A DNA stretch of 64,000 bases, taken from Octopus sinensis (taxonomy: Eukaryota). The DNA lies in assembly GCF_006345805.1 (NCBI RefSeq), contig NC_043006.1:7688001-7752000 (forward strand), read 5' to 3'. Each line of letters starts with the position of its first letter. Positions within the stretch are counted from its first letter, which is position 1. The notes under the pieces are model-generated. The model ran no database searches and was not told the origin of the DNA. It worked only from the letters and a program-made list of their open reading frames with translations. Made by a program: the position numbers and the translations under genes. Below, in pieces: positions 39,661 through 53,749 of the stretch.

Positions 39661-40049
39661 ATGTTTAATCGATTTCTATTAGGGATCTTACCCGGGATCT
39701 CTCTGGATATATATTTCAGTAAAGAGTGCGTTGTCCCCATATAATTTTCCCTACATTTCTGGAAATTCACTAATAATACATTCTAAAATATAAAATCTCG
39801 CTAAGTCCGTTTCATGATCGGAATCGCTTCATAGAATAATAACGTCAAACTGATCGTGTCTGTCTTGTTTGCTTAGTATGTTCCTTTCTTATGTTACTTG
39901 TCGCGCAAAAACCGGGGTCGGACTGGTATTTAATGCGAATAGTATAATAAACAAATTTATAATTCTCGAACTCCTTTTATGATGTCTCAGCTATAGATAC
40001 ATACGCGCGCACCCACAGACATATGAAAGTAACGCAGAATAACTTAGAA

Positions 40050-40745
40050 AGGTTTTGGCCAGTATTGGCCCAGGCCATGTCTAACTTAATAGCACCACCT
40101 GGCGAAGTCTTTCAGTTCAGGATTTGGGCACCAAGGCCCATTCGAGCAGAGAGTTATTGTTTGCGGAGAGATATCCGGGTGTGGGTGGTTTGTCCGGTAC
40201 TGTTTGAAGGAATTTGTCCAAAGACTTCTTGAATTTTGTGTGGTCAGTTTCTTTTTTGACGTGTCCTGGTGTAATGTTGAAGAGAGCGGGTCCAATTGAG
40301 GTGAAATAGTTGTACCGTATTGTCGTTATGTGATGCGATTTAGATTTTTGTTGTGGACGGATGGCACGTGGTCCAAGCCTTGGATGTATTTTGAAGGTGA
40401 TGCCAACATCATTCGGACAGTGCTGATGGAATATTTTCCACATCATACAGATATGTAGCGTTCACGGCGTCGTTGGAGTGAATACAATTTCAGCTTCTCT
40501 AGTCTACCCCAGTAGTCAAGGTCTGACATGCCATCTATCTTTTTTGTGATTGACCTTTGGGGAGCTTCAATTCTCATAATATTTTGTTTTGTGTAGGGAG
40601 ACCACAGTGGACAGCAGTATTCAAGGTGGGGTCGGGCAAAAGTGGAGAAGAGAAGGATAATAGCGTGGGATATGTATATATATCTTAAAGTAGTGGAAAT
40701 GGCTAAACACTTTTTGGCTGCTATCTCTAGAAAGTTCAGTATGTG
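40050..40745 (-). mobile_element. CR1/L2-type LINE 3' fragment
   Basis: ORF 40117-40446 is homologous to 31271-31810; RPHLEYCCPLWSP upstream. Confidence 0.88.
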
Positions 40746-40771
40746 GCAAAGTAATTTATTTTACTAAGCCC

Positions 40772-40803
<32 letters not shown>

Positions 40804-40888
40804 CGCGACAAACTTCTTTCAGTATCCGTATATCAAAAAGACTTACAAGGATTCCGTCTGTCTGAAGTTATATAAAGAGATACACTTG

Positions 40889-41010
40889 TATGTATGAGTG
40901 TATAGTCTATGTATGTATGTATGTATGTATGTATGTATGTATGTATGTATGTATGTATGTATGTATGTATGTATGTATGTATGTATATATGAATGTATGT
41001 ATGTATATAC
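40889..41010. repeat. (TATG)n microsatellite
   Basis: Direct reading. Confidence 0.95.
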
Positions 41011-41682
41011 ACTCACAAAGATATTATAATGTAGGTAACTTTAATGTAAGATATTTATAAGTTCTTGTTTCAAACGATAAACAATAAATTACTGAAATAT
41101 ATCTGTCGCAGTGTGTGTGTGTGTGTACACGCGTGCTTGCGTGCGTGTATGAATGAATTTATGTATGTATGTATGTATCCATGTAGATGGAATGAGAAAC
41201 AGAGTATGCGTGCGCATGCTTACTTTTCCGTGAATAGGTATGTCTTTGTGTTAGTATATTATAATCTTCATCCAATATAACAACTCGTATAAAAATGTTT
41301 CTGTCCTACCATATCATCTCAATTTTCTATTTTATCACTGAAGGTTGATCTCATACTTATATCATATAATTAAGACCGTAATTCGAAAAAGTGAATGCAA
41401 CATTTATGCTACTTGCACAGCCGCCATAATTGCTTTGTCTGGGGGTTTATCTTTTTTATTATATATTCCAAGGAAATCTTCCGTTAATATTTACGCCGAA
41501 ATCAAATTATTAAAAATATTCTATAATATATATGCAAATTATATATATATATTAAAAAGAATTTATTTAAAATATATTATTAAATCTATTTCATTCTACT
41601 GTTGGTTTGAGATATGTATATGTCTGGCCAGAGTTGGTGGTGGGAAACCTGTTGTTGTAATGTATTCATGCAGCCTCATGCT

Positions 41683-41748
<66 letters not shown>

Positions 41749-42498
41749 GTATATATATGTATATGTAAATACAATAAATTGAATATTACCAACAGACACA
41801 CATACACACAGTCACACATTCACTCACAATTATATATATCTGTGTGTGTCTATATATGAATATATATATATATCACCATATACATATACATATATATAGA
41901 TAGATAGATAGATAAAAATGAACATCACATACAGAAGTACACACAATCATACACACGCATAGAACCAAGCAAAGTTATACATACATGTGTGTGTAGAAGG
42001 CGGGAAATATTTGTCAATTTACGAAGGATATTAATATTACTACATTCAGACATCTGTGTTTGCGTAAATACACACATAAACATGTGTACTTATATATTTG
42101 TGAGCGTGTTTGTGTGTCTTTGTGTTTGTGTGTGGGGGGTGGGGGTACATGTTAGCTCTGTCCCTATAGAGGTGTGTCATTCTATATGCATAAGTAAGTG
42201 TACATGTCTGGAAATATTTTAAATGTCCTTCTCCAATACGGTCGGACGTTCTACAACTGAAGCTGTCATTACAATGAAAAACATTGAGCTAGACATTTAG
42301 AAAAACAGTTTTTTGTTTGTGGAAGTATTCCAGTTGGAGTAAAACCACAATGGAATTCTTCCGCGAGAATATTGATGTAGATGAATGCTTCCATGTTTTT
42401 CACTCTCTATGTAGGTGTGTGTCGTGTTCATGGAAATGGGAATATATTTGCATGTACATATGTGCATACATATATATATATATATATACACCCACACT

Positions 42499-42557
<59 letters not shown>

Positions 42558-42564
<7 letters not shown>

Positions 42565-42812
42565 ATTTTGGTATTGTTTTTTTCTTGTTTGTCAAATAGG
42601 CACATGCACTATATATTCGGTCTCCGATCATTTATTACTGTTCTTATTCTAACTTATGTTCATTGTCCGAAAATCTTTCGTCACACACCTGCGACCCCTT
42701 CAGCGGCACTTTCCATCCTCTTTAAAGAAATGACCATCTTTAAATGCAACAATATCTGTTTGAACACACGGTTTCACCTCACGTATCTTGCAACACGAAT
42801 TCATAAACGGAT

Positions 42813-42813
<1 letters not shown>
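42558..42813 (-). mobile_element. TA-flanked pLTR-like unit with degenerate HHR (42667-42706), same family as 39470
   Basis: CCG CTGAAGG G GTCGC AGGTGT GTGAC GAAAG AT TTT CGG; downstream TATAGTG.TGTG homology to 39570-39600. Confidence 0.6.
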
Positions 42814-42857
<44 letters not shown>

Positions 42858-42976
42858 ATATATGCTTTCATGTATGTATGTATGTATGTATGTATTTATG
42901 TATGTATGTATGTATGTATGTATGTATATATGTATGAAAGTAAGTAGGTAGGTAGGTAGGTAAGTAGGTAGGTAGC

Positions 42977-43140
42977 TTGACAACTGATGCTGGTGTGTTT
43001 ACCTCCCCGTCACTTAGCGGTTCGGCAAGAGAGACCGATAGAATAAGTACTAGGCTTACAAAGAATAAGTCCTGGGGTCGATTTGCTCGACTAAAGGCGG
43101 TGCTCCAGTATGGTCACAGTCAAATGACTGCAACAAATAA
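42977..43140 (+). mobile_element. SINE family A, 3' half
   Basis: Homology to family A. Confidence 0.85.
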
Positions 43141-43439
43141 AAAAAATTACAAAACTTTAACATGATATATGATGTTACCAAACCGCATCTTCACATAGCG
43201 GCCAAGACATGGGTATGTTTTAAAGAACACTGTCTTAAAGAACATTAAATGGCATATTTAAAATACACAAAGAACAAATTTTATGATAACAGTAACTTAA
43301 AAATAGTAAGAAAAATATATTTGCATCAATATGAGGCGTAACCACTCGCTGAAAATATCTAAATAACTCGGAAAATATCGATTATGTTTGGTATTTCTTT
43401 ATTAATTGGTTATCTCCGACATGCAGTTAATGTCGAGTT

Positions 43440-44110
43440 ATGCTCGGTAGAAATTAAAATCAGTGCGGCTAAGACTGAGACACTCGTCTTTTCAAGGAAG
43501 CCCAAGAGGTGCAGGAACAGGTGGAGAATTTCAAGTACCTCGAAGCTGTTTTCACGAGTAATGGAATGCAGGAGGCTGCGTTAAGTGCAAGAATTACAGG
43601 AACTTGTATAGTAGTGCATCAACTTCAACATTCAGTGCTCAGAAGAAGGGAGTTAGGTGTAAAAGCTAAACTATCTTCAGTTCAGTGCTCGTGTCTACCC
43701 TTGTCTATGGTAATTGCCGAAAGAATATGATTGCGGATACAAGCAGCCGAAATGGGCAGCCTCCGAAGAGTCTTTGGAGTAAAGTCACTCAATAGTGTGG
43801 GTGGCTGTGTGACCAGAGAGGCGTTCCACTTAGGGCCAGTATATCTCTGAATTGAGACGGTTCCGATACCATGGATATGTGGCAAGAATGTCTCGGGAAA
43901 GAATTGTCAAGCAAATTTTACGGGCAAAACCAACCGGCTGGTGACTGAGAGGTAAATCACGAGCAAGATGGTTGAATAACATCCATGAGTTCAGGTGGGC
44001 TCGGTTGGGGATCCAGAAGTATCAATTGGAAACGGTATATTCTAACAGGACCCGATGGAAGGCGTCTTTGGGGACTCTGCCACCACGACCCACCCAGTGG
44101 GCGAAGAAGA
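43440..44110 (+). mobile_element. RTE-type LINE 3' remnant
   Basis: KISAAKTETLVF, QVENFKYLEAVF, motifs of the RT C-terminus. Confidence 0.75.
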
Positions 44111-45135
44111 TGTTACAATAGAGAAATAATTCAAAAGCTGCTATTTTGCAGTCACATAACACTAGCCAAAGATAAACTGAAATATAACGAAAATTCTAGG
44201 AACGACATCCGTCTCCAGATCATAAAAGCATATAAACATTGGTAAATTTGTTTCAAGTCACGTCTCCGTTTCACAAGAAACCAAATTCTGCTGCCAAAAT
44301 TCAGTCTAGATAATAATCTCAGCCGCTCAAAAATATCACAACATGAATGCAACTCTAGAAACACATTGATATATTCTCTCTTTGGAGATGGTTATCCACT
44401 GTACTTGTGTATAGAACTGTAACGAAAACAATGTATGGGATTAGAATAACGTAAATAGGAATGTGAATAAACAACCTCAAAGCCTGATACACACAACATA
44501 TTCATTCATATGCAAAAATTAAATTACTGCCGCAATGCATATCGAAAATGAATAAGGAATTATCTATGCGATTATAAAATGGAGCATTGTCGATATATAT
44601 AATAGCAGCGACGTTATGTACGATTTATGTCGCACACAAAAAATTTTGAATAGCTCATCAGCTACCGTCAAGAGTACAAAACACGAAATATTCTACGTTC
44701 CACATCGGCGAAAATTTAGTATTTCCTTTCCCATAAAAAAGAGACTCTTCTCGGGTCATCTGACACACAGATTGGTTATTTCTCTTGAAATACAAACTCA
44801 CATTATTGGAAAAATGTTACCACCTATAAACTATATTTTGTGTGACCTGTAAAATTAAGATTGGAAGTTATCTCACCCCATGTATAAATCCCCTGCTAAA
44901 CGATGAACCACACGCTAGGTTAAGGTTATATATATGACGTTAAGATTATATATGAACTCACATATAAGACTAATATGTGACCAAACTTGTTTTAATGCGA
45001 TCTAAACATTTACAATAAATTTTGCTTGAGCACATACACACAGCAGAAACTCTTTGTAGTATCAAAGTAAATCCCTAGGTGCGTGCGTGTTTCTATGTGC
45101 GTGTGTGTGTGTTTGTGTGAGTGTGTTTGCGTGAT

Positions 45136-45175
<40 letters not shown>

Positions 45176-45413
45176 TGGGTAAATGCCAGCCGTCACTGGA
45201 GAGCAATTTGTATTATGCATTCGCAAATAGTTTTAAGGTGCCTGTGTAGTCGCGAGCAAATAGACACTCGGAACGACCCACGTATTATGTATCCCAATGG
45301 TTCCCAAGTAGGATGCACATGACCCATGGGGGTCTATATGAGACTTTGTTGTTAAAACGTATGTGCAATAAATCTCTTATGCTTGTACAATACACAAAAT
45401 ATTTTAATATATT

Positions 45414-45814
45414 TTATACAATTCCTAATAAGAGTTAATTATAAAAATCATCATAGATTTTTGAAAACTTCAAATGGCTATGGAGGTCCAGTAGAAGAAA
45501 ATGGAAATCAAAGGGGAGCACATGCTCTGATTAAACCCGTTGGCTTATCAGAGTCTGAAGTTGGATGGAGAGAGAACTGCACACCGCTTCACTCGTACTC
45601 ATTTTGAGCTAAGTAACCCAGAGGAACGTGACATGGACTGTCTTACTGAAGGACAAAAACACTTCCCGAAATTGAACTCACGATATTTGATATATTAAAC
45701 CTATTTTTAAATGTATGCGAAATCTCGTAAGGGACGACCTGAATCTGTTAAATCACCTCCCAGAATCCATTAATAATAAATAATGCCACTATTGTATCTT
45801 TTGACATGGCAAAC
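45414..45814 (+). repeat. Left arm of ~400-bp inverted duplication (partner 48410-48811)
   Basis: Reverse-complement match with scattered substitutions. Confidence 0.9.
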
Positions 45815-47659
45815 TTCAATGCCACAATCGACACCAATATGGACTAGAGTCAATAAATTTCTGGCTTGAAAATCTCCCTCATCAAATTACGGACATAATT
45901 GAAAAGAGTTTCATCACTGAAGGATTAATGTTAATTCTTGAAAACAACTTTTTGACTTCGATGGCAATATTTACAAACAAATATCTGAGATTGCGATGTG
46001 GCAAAAAGTTGTTCCAAATTTCGCCAATCTAGTCATGGTATATATGGAGGTTCAAATATGTGAACAATCTAAATTAAAATATGGCTTAAACTTCCACAAA
46101 TTCCTACTAGAAAACTGGAATCGTTACCTAAATGACTGCCTGATCCTATGGATGCACACATTTAAACAACTTATAGATTCCAAAAACGTAATCTACAGCA
46201 TAGACAATATCAATTTCGCCATGGAATACACTAAAACTCAACTACCATTCCTAGATATACTAATCATCAAAATAGTTAAAAACATTGAAACAGATATTCA
46301 TTCCGAACAAACAAATTCTAAACAATATTTCGTGTTCTCATACCATCCCAAACACACGAAGAATAATATTCTCTTTAATCTAGCAAGAAGAATCTGCACA
46401 ACTGTTTCAAACCCTGAAACCCGAAATAAAAGACTCCAGGAACTAAAGCAAATACTACTTAAAAGAAACAGCGGTTTACAATATTATCCACCCAAACATC
46501 CTACTTCTAAAACAAGACCCAAGGATGAAATAAGCTTGCGAAATACATAAAATAATCAAAAGTAAAAGACAATAAAAGCCCCACAATTCCTACACCAACA
46601 GTCAAAATGTGTGGCCGCACTAATTGCGAACCTTATTGAAGACACAACATACAAATTCAAATCAGGACAAATTTTTGCTGTAAAAAATCATTTTATGTTC
46701 GTCAGGGAATTTAATATACGCTATCAAATGTCAAGCATGTAATGAAGATTACGCAGGTCAAACAAAGCTTACTCTAAGAAATAGACTGATCATTTACCGA
46801 CAACAAATACGAGACACCAGAACTAGACAGATTCCACTGAGTGGATACATAGATATATATACAAAAAAAAAAGTACCCTAAATTCCAGGTCTTCCCACTC
46901 TACCTATGTTCATTGAATACCACTCATGAAACACGGATAAACAAAGAAAATATTTTCATACAAAAGAACAAACCAAGTCTTCACAAACTTTAACAGTGTA
47001 CATCAACAAATAACTATTCACATACAAAATTCATTCTGCCACTTAACATGAGAAATCAACAGAGCTAACAGCCGAAATTTTACCCACTGAATTACATTCA
47101 AAGAACTCCTGTCCAATCTCCAATTTGGAATGCCTTGATTGAAACTAAACATGTTCGCTCAAACGTGTCTTTGTAGGCACAAAATATACTGTCACGTGAC
47201 ACTAACGCATGGACGTAGCGGGAAACATACAAAAGGTTCTCAACTTAATCACGGGTTCATTCTTTACAAACACTTGACAGAAAACATTCAGAGCCTTGAT
47301 TGTTTGGACATGTTCAGTCAACCGTGTTAGCCTTAACTTACGACGTGAAATATGTTCACTTCATCCAAACACACGGACGTAGCGAGGAACCTACAAAATT
47401 TTGACTGTCCTCTACCAATCATATCTTATTCAAAACATACAGTAATTTTTTCAATGAACTCCCTATAAAAATAGGGGAAGCTTCAAACACAAGTCAGAAT
47501 CGAGACAGCTTCTTCTATTACAACTTTTCGAAAGTCAATGTAAAGTGTGAAACCGATTAAATCTTTAAATATAATAATAAAAACTACTTTGACTATTCCC
47601 AGTGCATCTTCAACTTCTAATTTTCCTATATTTCTACTCGTGCGGAATAAAATAACTTG

Positions 47660-47662
<3 letters not shown>
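45690..47662 (+). mobile_element. Penelope-like element (RT plus GIY-YIG plus 3'UTR), decayed; ends at (TA)n
   Basis: ORF 45996-46550 RT (WNRYLNDCLILW, LPFLDILI); 46715-46860 translates LIYAIKCQACNEDYAGQTKLTLRNRL (GIY-YIG). Confidence 0.9.
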
Positions 47663-47728
<66 letters not shown>

Positions 47729-47939
47729 ACGGGAAGCTTTATGAAAATAAACAAAAGACGAAGACAGGTGGAATACAAACAAACAATTGTATTAGTATGG
47801 AGCTCAGGAATATAAATAAAACAAGTCTTTTACGTTTCGAGCCTACGCTCTCAACAGAAAGATACACAGAAAAGAAACACGGAGAGAAACAAGGAGAGAA
47901 AAAAAATGCGTGGAGAAGCTAGCGAATCAACATGGCGAT

Positions 47940-47942
<3 letters not shown>
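47729..47942 (-). mobile_element. Solo pLTR-like unit flanked by (TA)n
   Basis: Homologous to 36344-36550. Confidence 0.8.
47826..47862 (-). ncRNA. Minimal type-I HHR, position-6 (A to U) core variant
   Basis: TCTTT CTGTTGA GAGC GTAG GCTC GAAAC GTA AAAGA: perfect 5-bp stem I and 4-bp stem II, ACGT palindrome. Confidence 0.7.
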
Positions 47943-47983
<41 letters not shown>

Positions 47984-48409
47984 ATATATATATGCACATT
48001 TGTGTGTGTGTGTATGTGTGTGTAGATATGCAAAACAAGAACTTTTACTATAAAAGTTCATATTTTGTTCCTAAGCATTCGTTTCAAGGCGTAATGAATC
48101 AAAGAAAGTTCAAACTGAAGGTTTACATGTCATACATATTTAGAGACTTGCGTGTGTGCGGGCATGTGTGTTTGTTTGTCTGCGTGTGTGCATGTGTGTG
48201 TGCTTGTGCGTGTGTGTGTGTGCTTGTGTGTGTGTGTGTTCGTGTCTGTCCATATGCGTGTGCGAAGTCATGTGTCATTTTTCAGTCACCCTATAGGTTT
48301 GCATAAGTAGAAAGTATTGTGTGCTGCGAGGAGTGGAACAAAGACAACTACAGTACCACATTGAGAATTGGATAAAACAGATAAAGACGTACGTCGGTGG
48401 TTGAGATAG

Positions 48410-48811
48410 GTTTGCCACGTCAAAAGATACAATAGTAGCATTATTTATTATTAATGGATTTGGGGAGGTGGTTTAACAGATTTAGGTCGTCCCTTACGAG
48501 ATTTCGCATACGTTTAAAAATAGGTTTAATATATCAAATATCGTAAGTTCGATTTCGAGAAGTGTCTTTTGTCCTTCACTAGGAAAGTCCATGTCACGTT
48601 GCTCAAGGTTACTTAGCTCAAAATGAGTACCAGTGAAGCGGTGTGCAGTTCTGTCTCCTTCCAACTTTAGACTCTGATAAGCCAACGGGTATAATCAGGG
48701 TATGTGGACCCCTTTGATTTCCCTTTTCTTCTACTGGACCTCCATAGCCATTTGAAGTTTTCAAAAATCTATGATGATTTTTATAATAAACTCTTATTAG
48801 GAATTGTATAA
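48410..48811 (-). repeat. Right arm of ~400-bp inverted duplication
   Basis: Reverse complement of 45414-45814. Confidence 0.9.
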
Positions 48812-50234
48812 ACAGAGAGAAACATAAAAATTACCCAATTTTCCTATCAATTAGGAAAAGAAATGGGGTTTCCCTGAAAGTGTTTTCAGACATATGAAGG
48901 GCGTGTAAGTAATAGCAAAATGTAAAATGGAGATAGAGCTCTACAATAGAAGGCAGAAATTAGACGTAACGAAATAAAACGACAGAGGTATAGATTTCGA
49001 CCACAATGAACTTACTTATTCTGTGAAAACTATGCATGCCCTAGCACGTAAACAGCTGATATATAAGCATACAGTTTCAATATTTGCTACAACCACTGAC
49101 ATTTACAACACATGATCCACCATATTTACTACCATATTGTATGGAATATACCAACAACACGGCCAAACGGGGCTTGCGGCAGTATGATATATTGTAAAGT
49201 ATAATTTACAAGATAAATTACTGAGAGCAAGCTGAAAGGGGGTGGAATTTAATGTCAGAAATATCAGCCAAATATCACACAAATACGCGATACTAGCTTT
49301 AGGAAAGGGCGTATTGGGCAAAAGGAAAGATAGTCTTGCGCCAAGTGTGTTGAGTAATAAATCTACTGGATAGAGCCTACGTAAGTTTATGAACAAAGTA
49401 ATCTAAGTGAACTCTAGGAGTGATTCATGAAATATATTGATTTTAATTGAGTCACATCTGCCCATGCAAATGATATTTTCGCACCTCGCCAAAAACAATT
49501 CGTTTTCATTATAAAGTCCAAGAACTGAATGTTAAAGGAAATTGATAAAATGTTTGGTTGGTATTTAGTATCCAATGTTTAGCATTATATATTTATAAGA
49601 TTTTGATATGAGAAAATATCATAGCCTCGCGATGGGATGTATTGCAAGAGAATTCATAACAACACGATGATAAAGCTGCTTTCATAATTATCAAATAAGG
49701 TAAATGATTTATATATATCATATTTTATATGAAAGTCAATGCCATTTTCGCTGTTAAGACTCAAATTTACTTTGATAATCTAAACATTCTCGTTAGCAAC
49801 AAATTACTCAAAGCTATCCAGTTATATCTTGGCTGCATTTGTGGGTTATTCTATCATACCGATATTGCAATTCCTTGCTTTATTTTCAGCATTTCCTTCT
49901 AAATTAACCAGAGTTAAAGATTTACTTTATATTTTAATGAGGCACACATGGAGACTGCAAAAGGAAAAGAATTTAATATTATTCAACGGAGATTCATGTG
50001 GCATACTAATTATCATGATTCAAATGTTTTCTTGCTCATTACTGTTGCATTATCATATTATCATCACGGAAAATACCTGCTTAATGAAATAACAAGCTGC
50101 AAGCTAAAACTGCTATGGCTACCATCAACTCAACAGTCCTTCACAATATCTAAAAGTAAATAGTGTATATGTACTATCACAGAGTTTGAAAACTGTAGCA
50201 TTGTTAATAAACGACTTAGCTATGTAGACCGCCA

Positions 50235-50616
50235 GTGGAGGCGCAATGGCCCAGTGGTTAGGGCAGCGGACTCGCGGTCACAGGATCGCGGTTTCGATTC
50301 CCAGACCGGGCGTTGTGAGTGTTTATTGAGCGAAAACACCTAAAGCTCCACGATCTCCGGCAGGGGATGGTGGTGATCCCTGCTGTACTCTTTCACCACA
50401 ACTTTCTCTCACTCTTTCTTCCTGTTTCTGTTGTACCTGTATTTCAAAGGGCCGGCCTTGTCACTCTCTGTGTCACGCTGAATATCCCCGAGAACCACGT
50501 TAAGAGTACACGTGTCTGTGGAGTGCTCAGCCACTTACATGTTAATTTCACGAGCAGGCTGTTCCGTTGATCGGATCAACCGGAACCCTCGTCGTTGTAA
50601 CCGACGGAGTGCTTCC
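50235..50616 (+). mobile_element. tRNA-derived SINE family B with 13-bp TSD
   Basis: TSD ATGTAGACCGCCA at 50222-50234 and 50617-50629; A box TGGCCCAGTGG, B box GTTTCGATTCC. Confidence 0.93.
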
Positions 50617-51394
50617 ATGTAGACCGCCACCAGTTTCTTTAGCTTCTATCGTTAGACAAAATACTAATACTGCAAGAAAATCTACCCTGGTATTGTGGTC
50701 GAAGTCGAGAGTGCTGCCGTTTTAGTAGGATGGCCCTAACGATATCCAAATATGAGTGTGCGTATGGATGTATATATTTACATATATATCTACACCATAA
50801 TGGAGAAGGCTAATTATTAATTAGTTGCAATTATATAATTTTACTAAAAGAATGTAATTTTTCAAAGTTTACATTGACTATAAAGTTTTTTAAATTCCTA
50901 AAACTTAAAGATTTTAACGTATTTTAAACAAAATATTTTTGAAGTACACGTTTCAGTCACTAAATATATTTTATTCAATAAATAATTGAAAAATTCTTGT
51001 GGAATATGTCCATCTCTTTACCGCTCTCTACCACACTGTTCAACTGTTTTCATTAGAAATAATTACTGAGTTCTTTTACACACTTGTAAAATATTTGTAA
51101 ATTTTGCACTATATTGTGTTCCTTATCAGGTATTATATATTGATGTTTGTTTTGTCTTTCACCCTACGGTCTTCCTCTTTCGCTCTCCTACGTCCACACT
51201 TTGTTCATAACCCTTGCCGTGTAATTCCATTTACAACTCTTCGTCATTTCCAAAGCACTCTCATATTCCTTCCTTCCTTTGCAACGCTCTCTCTCGCTCT
51301 CTCTTTCTTTCTCTCTATACGACCTCTATTCAATTGTTGTCATAAAAATAATTTACTGATTATACATTGTTAGACAATATATTTATGTTTGAAG

Positions 51395-51610
51395 ACGGTT
51401 AGCTGGCAGAAACGTTAGCACGCTGCGCGAAATGTTCAGCGGTGTTTGATCTCTCATTTCGTTCTGAGTTCAAATTCCGCCCACGTGGATTTTTGCCTTT
51501 CATCCTTATGGGGTCGATAAATTAAGTATCTGTTGTGTACTGGGATCGATTTAAGTAACTGGCCCCCTCCAACAAAATTTCGGACCTTATGCCTAGAGTG
51601 GAAAAGAATA
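51395..51610 (+). mobile_element. Diverged SINE family D
   Basis: Homology to 1617 and 57252. Confidence 0.8.
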
Positions 51611-51949
51611 TATTCATATTTGTGATTTTTTTTCTTTCAATCTCACTCTCGCATCAGTGTTCGCCGTTCCCATACACACACATTTCTTTCAAAATCCTTG
51701 CCACATTCTTAGAAATGTATGATTAATGATGAATATTCAAAAGTAAGTTATTCTTCCATGATGGCATGGGTTGAGCGATTTGGAAGTAGCTGGCAATTCA
51801 GAAGACTTCATTAAACTTTACTGCCTGTTTTATCACTGTGTCTACCTTTGGATGCCCATTCTAATGCAATATGGAGAATGTCATAGGTACTTGTTACTTG
51901 GTAACAGCAGCAGTGAGATCACCAAGTAATTTGAAAGCCAATGACTCAA

Positions 51950-52200
51950 ACTGAAGAGCGAGTTGTATTGTTGCTGGACATTGATGGAGAGCTGAAAACG
52001 AGGCAATTTCTACTCTTCTCCTCTGGAAGCCATCTACTCGCAATACCAGAGGGCGCACACTCTCCTACCCTGATGTAATCTCCAGGGATACAGGCATCCA
52101 GCAACAGGACCTCCGTAATGCTATGATGGACCGTGAAGTCGGGCGTAGCATAGTAAATTCCATTGTCTCGACCACGGTCGAACAATGATGATGATGATGT
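51950..52200 (+). mobile_element. RTE-type LINE 3' end with (GAT)n tail
   Basis: Translation ENEAISTLLLWKPSTRNTRGRTLSYPDVISRDTG...AMMDRE, then a GATGATGAT tail. Confidence 0.75.
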
Positions 52201-52204
52201 ATTG

Positions 52205-52620
52205 TGGGAGGCGCCTATGGGCGATGAGAGGTTACAGAATGAATAGAGGAAGAGAAACAACTGCCTTGCTGAAGAGAAGATACATGGTTCCCCCAGAGAA
52301 AGAGAGGGTGGTGAAGATATGACGGGGCGTGTATATAAAAGAAGTGAAACCGAAGACTGGATAAGTTCGCGAATTTGAGAAAAGGGGATTGGGAGAGGGA
52401 GAGAAGGGGAATACTGTAAGTGAATACATGTAGAGGGTGGGTTATTACGATGAAATGTAATAGGAAGTTCACTCGACAAGGAAACTTGTGTGTAGACAAG
52501 TTCTCGAGGGTGTAAAGGCAGGGTACGAGATATAGTGGAGAGGAATAGTGCAGGTGAACACATGTGTGGGAGGAGGGATGTTAGGGAGATGAGTTGTTGG
52601 GGAGAGATTGATCATGGACA
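52205..52620 (-). mobile_element. Probable degenerate PLE GIY-YIG/3' remnant
   Basis: Purine-rich plus strand similar to 11110-11740; weak motif remnants only. Confidence 0.35.
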
Positions 52621-52850
52621 GATTAAGTGCAGAGATATGAACAGAAGCCGCATGCCTTTCTGATCACGTTTCGACTTAGCCGAACGGGTTGTCTAAACCC
52701 CGGCAAATCCTCAGTCGTTAGTCATCTTTTCTGTGAGACCCAACATATGAATGTAAGTTTTTTATATGATATATAGGAGAAGACGAAGCCGTGTGGTAAT
52801 AGCTAGATATATATAATGAGTATATCTCTCTCTATATATAAATATATATA

Positions 52851-53012
52851 GGCGCCGGAGGGGCTGTGTGGTAAGTAGCTTGCTAACCAACCACATTGTT
52901 CCGGGTTCAGTCCCACTGCGTGGCATCTCGGGCAAGTGTCTTCTGCTATAGCCCCGGGCCGACCAATGCCTTGTGAGTGGATTTGGTAGACGGAAACTGA
53001 AAGAAGCCTGTC

Positions 53013-53070
<58 letters not shown>

Positions 53071-53288
53071 GTGTGTGTTTGTGTGTCTGTGTTTGTTCCC
53101 CTAGCATTGCTTGACAACCGATGCTGGTGTGTTTATGTCCCCGTCACTTAGCGGTTCGCCAAAAAGAGACCGATAGAATAAGTACTGGGCTTACAAAGAA
53201 TAAGTCCCGGGGTCGAGTTGCTCAACTAAAGGCGGTGCTCCAGCATGGCGGCAGTCAAATGACTGAAACAAGTAAAAGATTAAAGAGT
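52851..53288 (+). mobile_element. SINE family A, full length
   Basis: Homology to family A. Confidence 0.92.
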
Positions 53289-53505
53289 ATACGTGTGTAG
53301 GTGTGAGTGTGTGAATGAGTTGTGTGTGTGTGTGTGTGTGTGCGTGTGTGTGTTTGTCAGTGATAAGTGCTGATGCACGAAACTTTCCGTCCTTGATTCT
53401 ATCTGGTGCTACTGCTAAATACTAATTATATAAATGTATATATATGTGTGTGGGTGTGTGTGGGTGGGGTGTATGCATATCCACACCTACACACGTGTAT
53501 ATATA

Positions 53506-53556
<51 letters not shown>

Positions 53557-53749
53557 TTGTTGAAAGCCTTCCAAATAGAAACATTCTTCACAAGTTAACA
53601 TCTATAGACGTACAGTATTACTAAATACATCACGAGCCGGTGAATACCTAAGCAGAGAGTCACGCAAGCGCGCGCGCACATAAAAACACGAACACACATA
53701 CGCACATACACACACAGATACCTAGATAAATAAAAAGATAGATTGATAA

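Noticed and set aside
52660-52715. Minus-strand CTGAGGA...GTCGAAACGTG hammerhead-like remnant
   Set aside because: The triplet is GUG, the core overlaps stem II and there is no stem I; at best a decayed relic.
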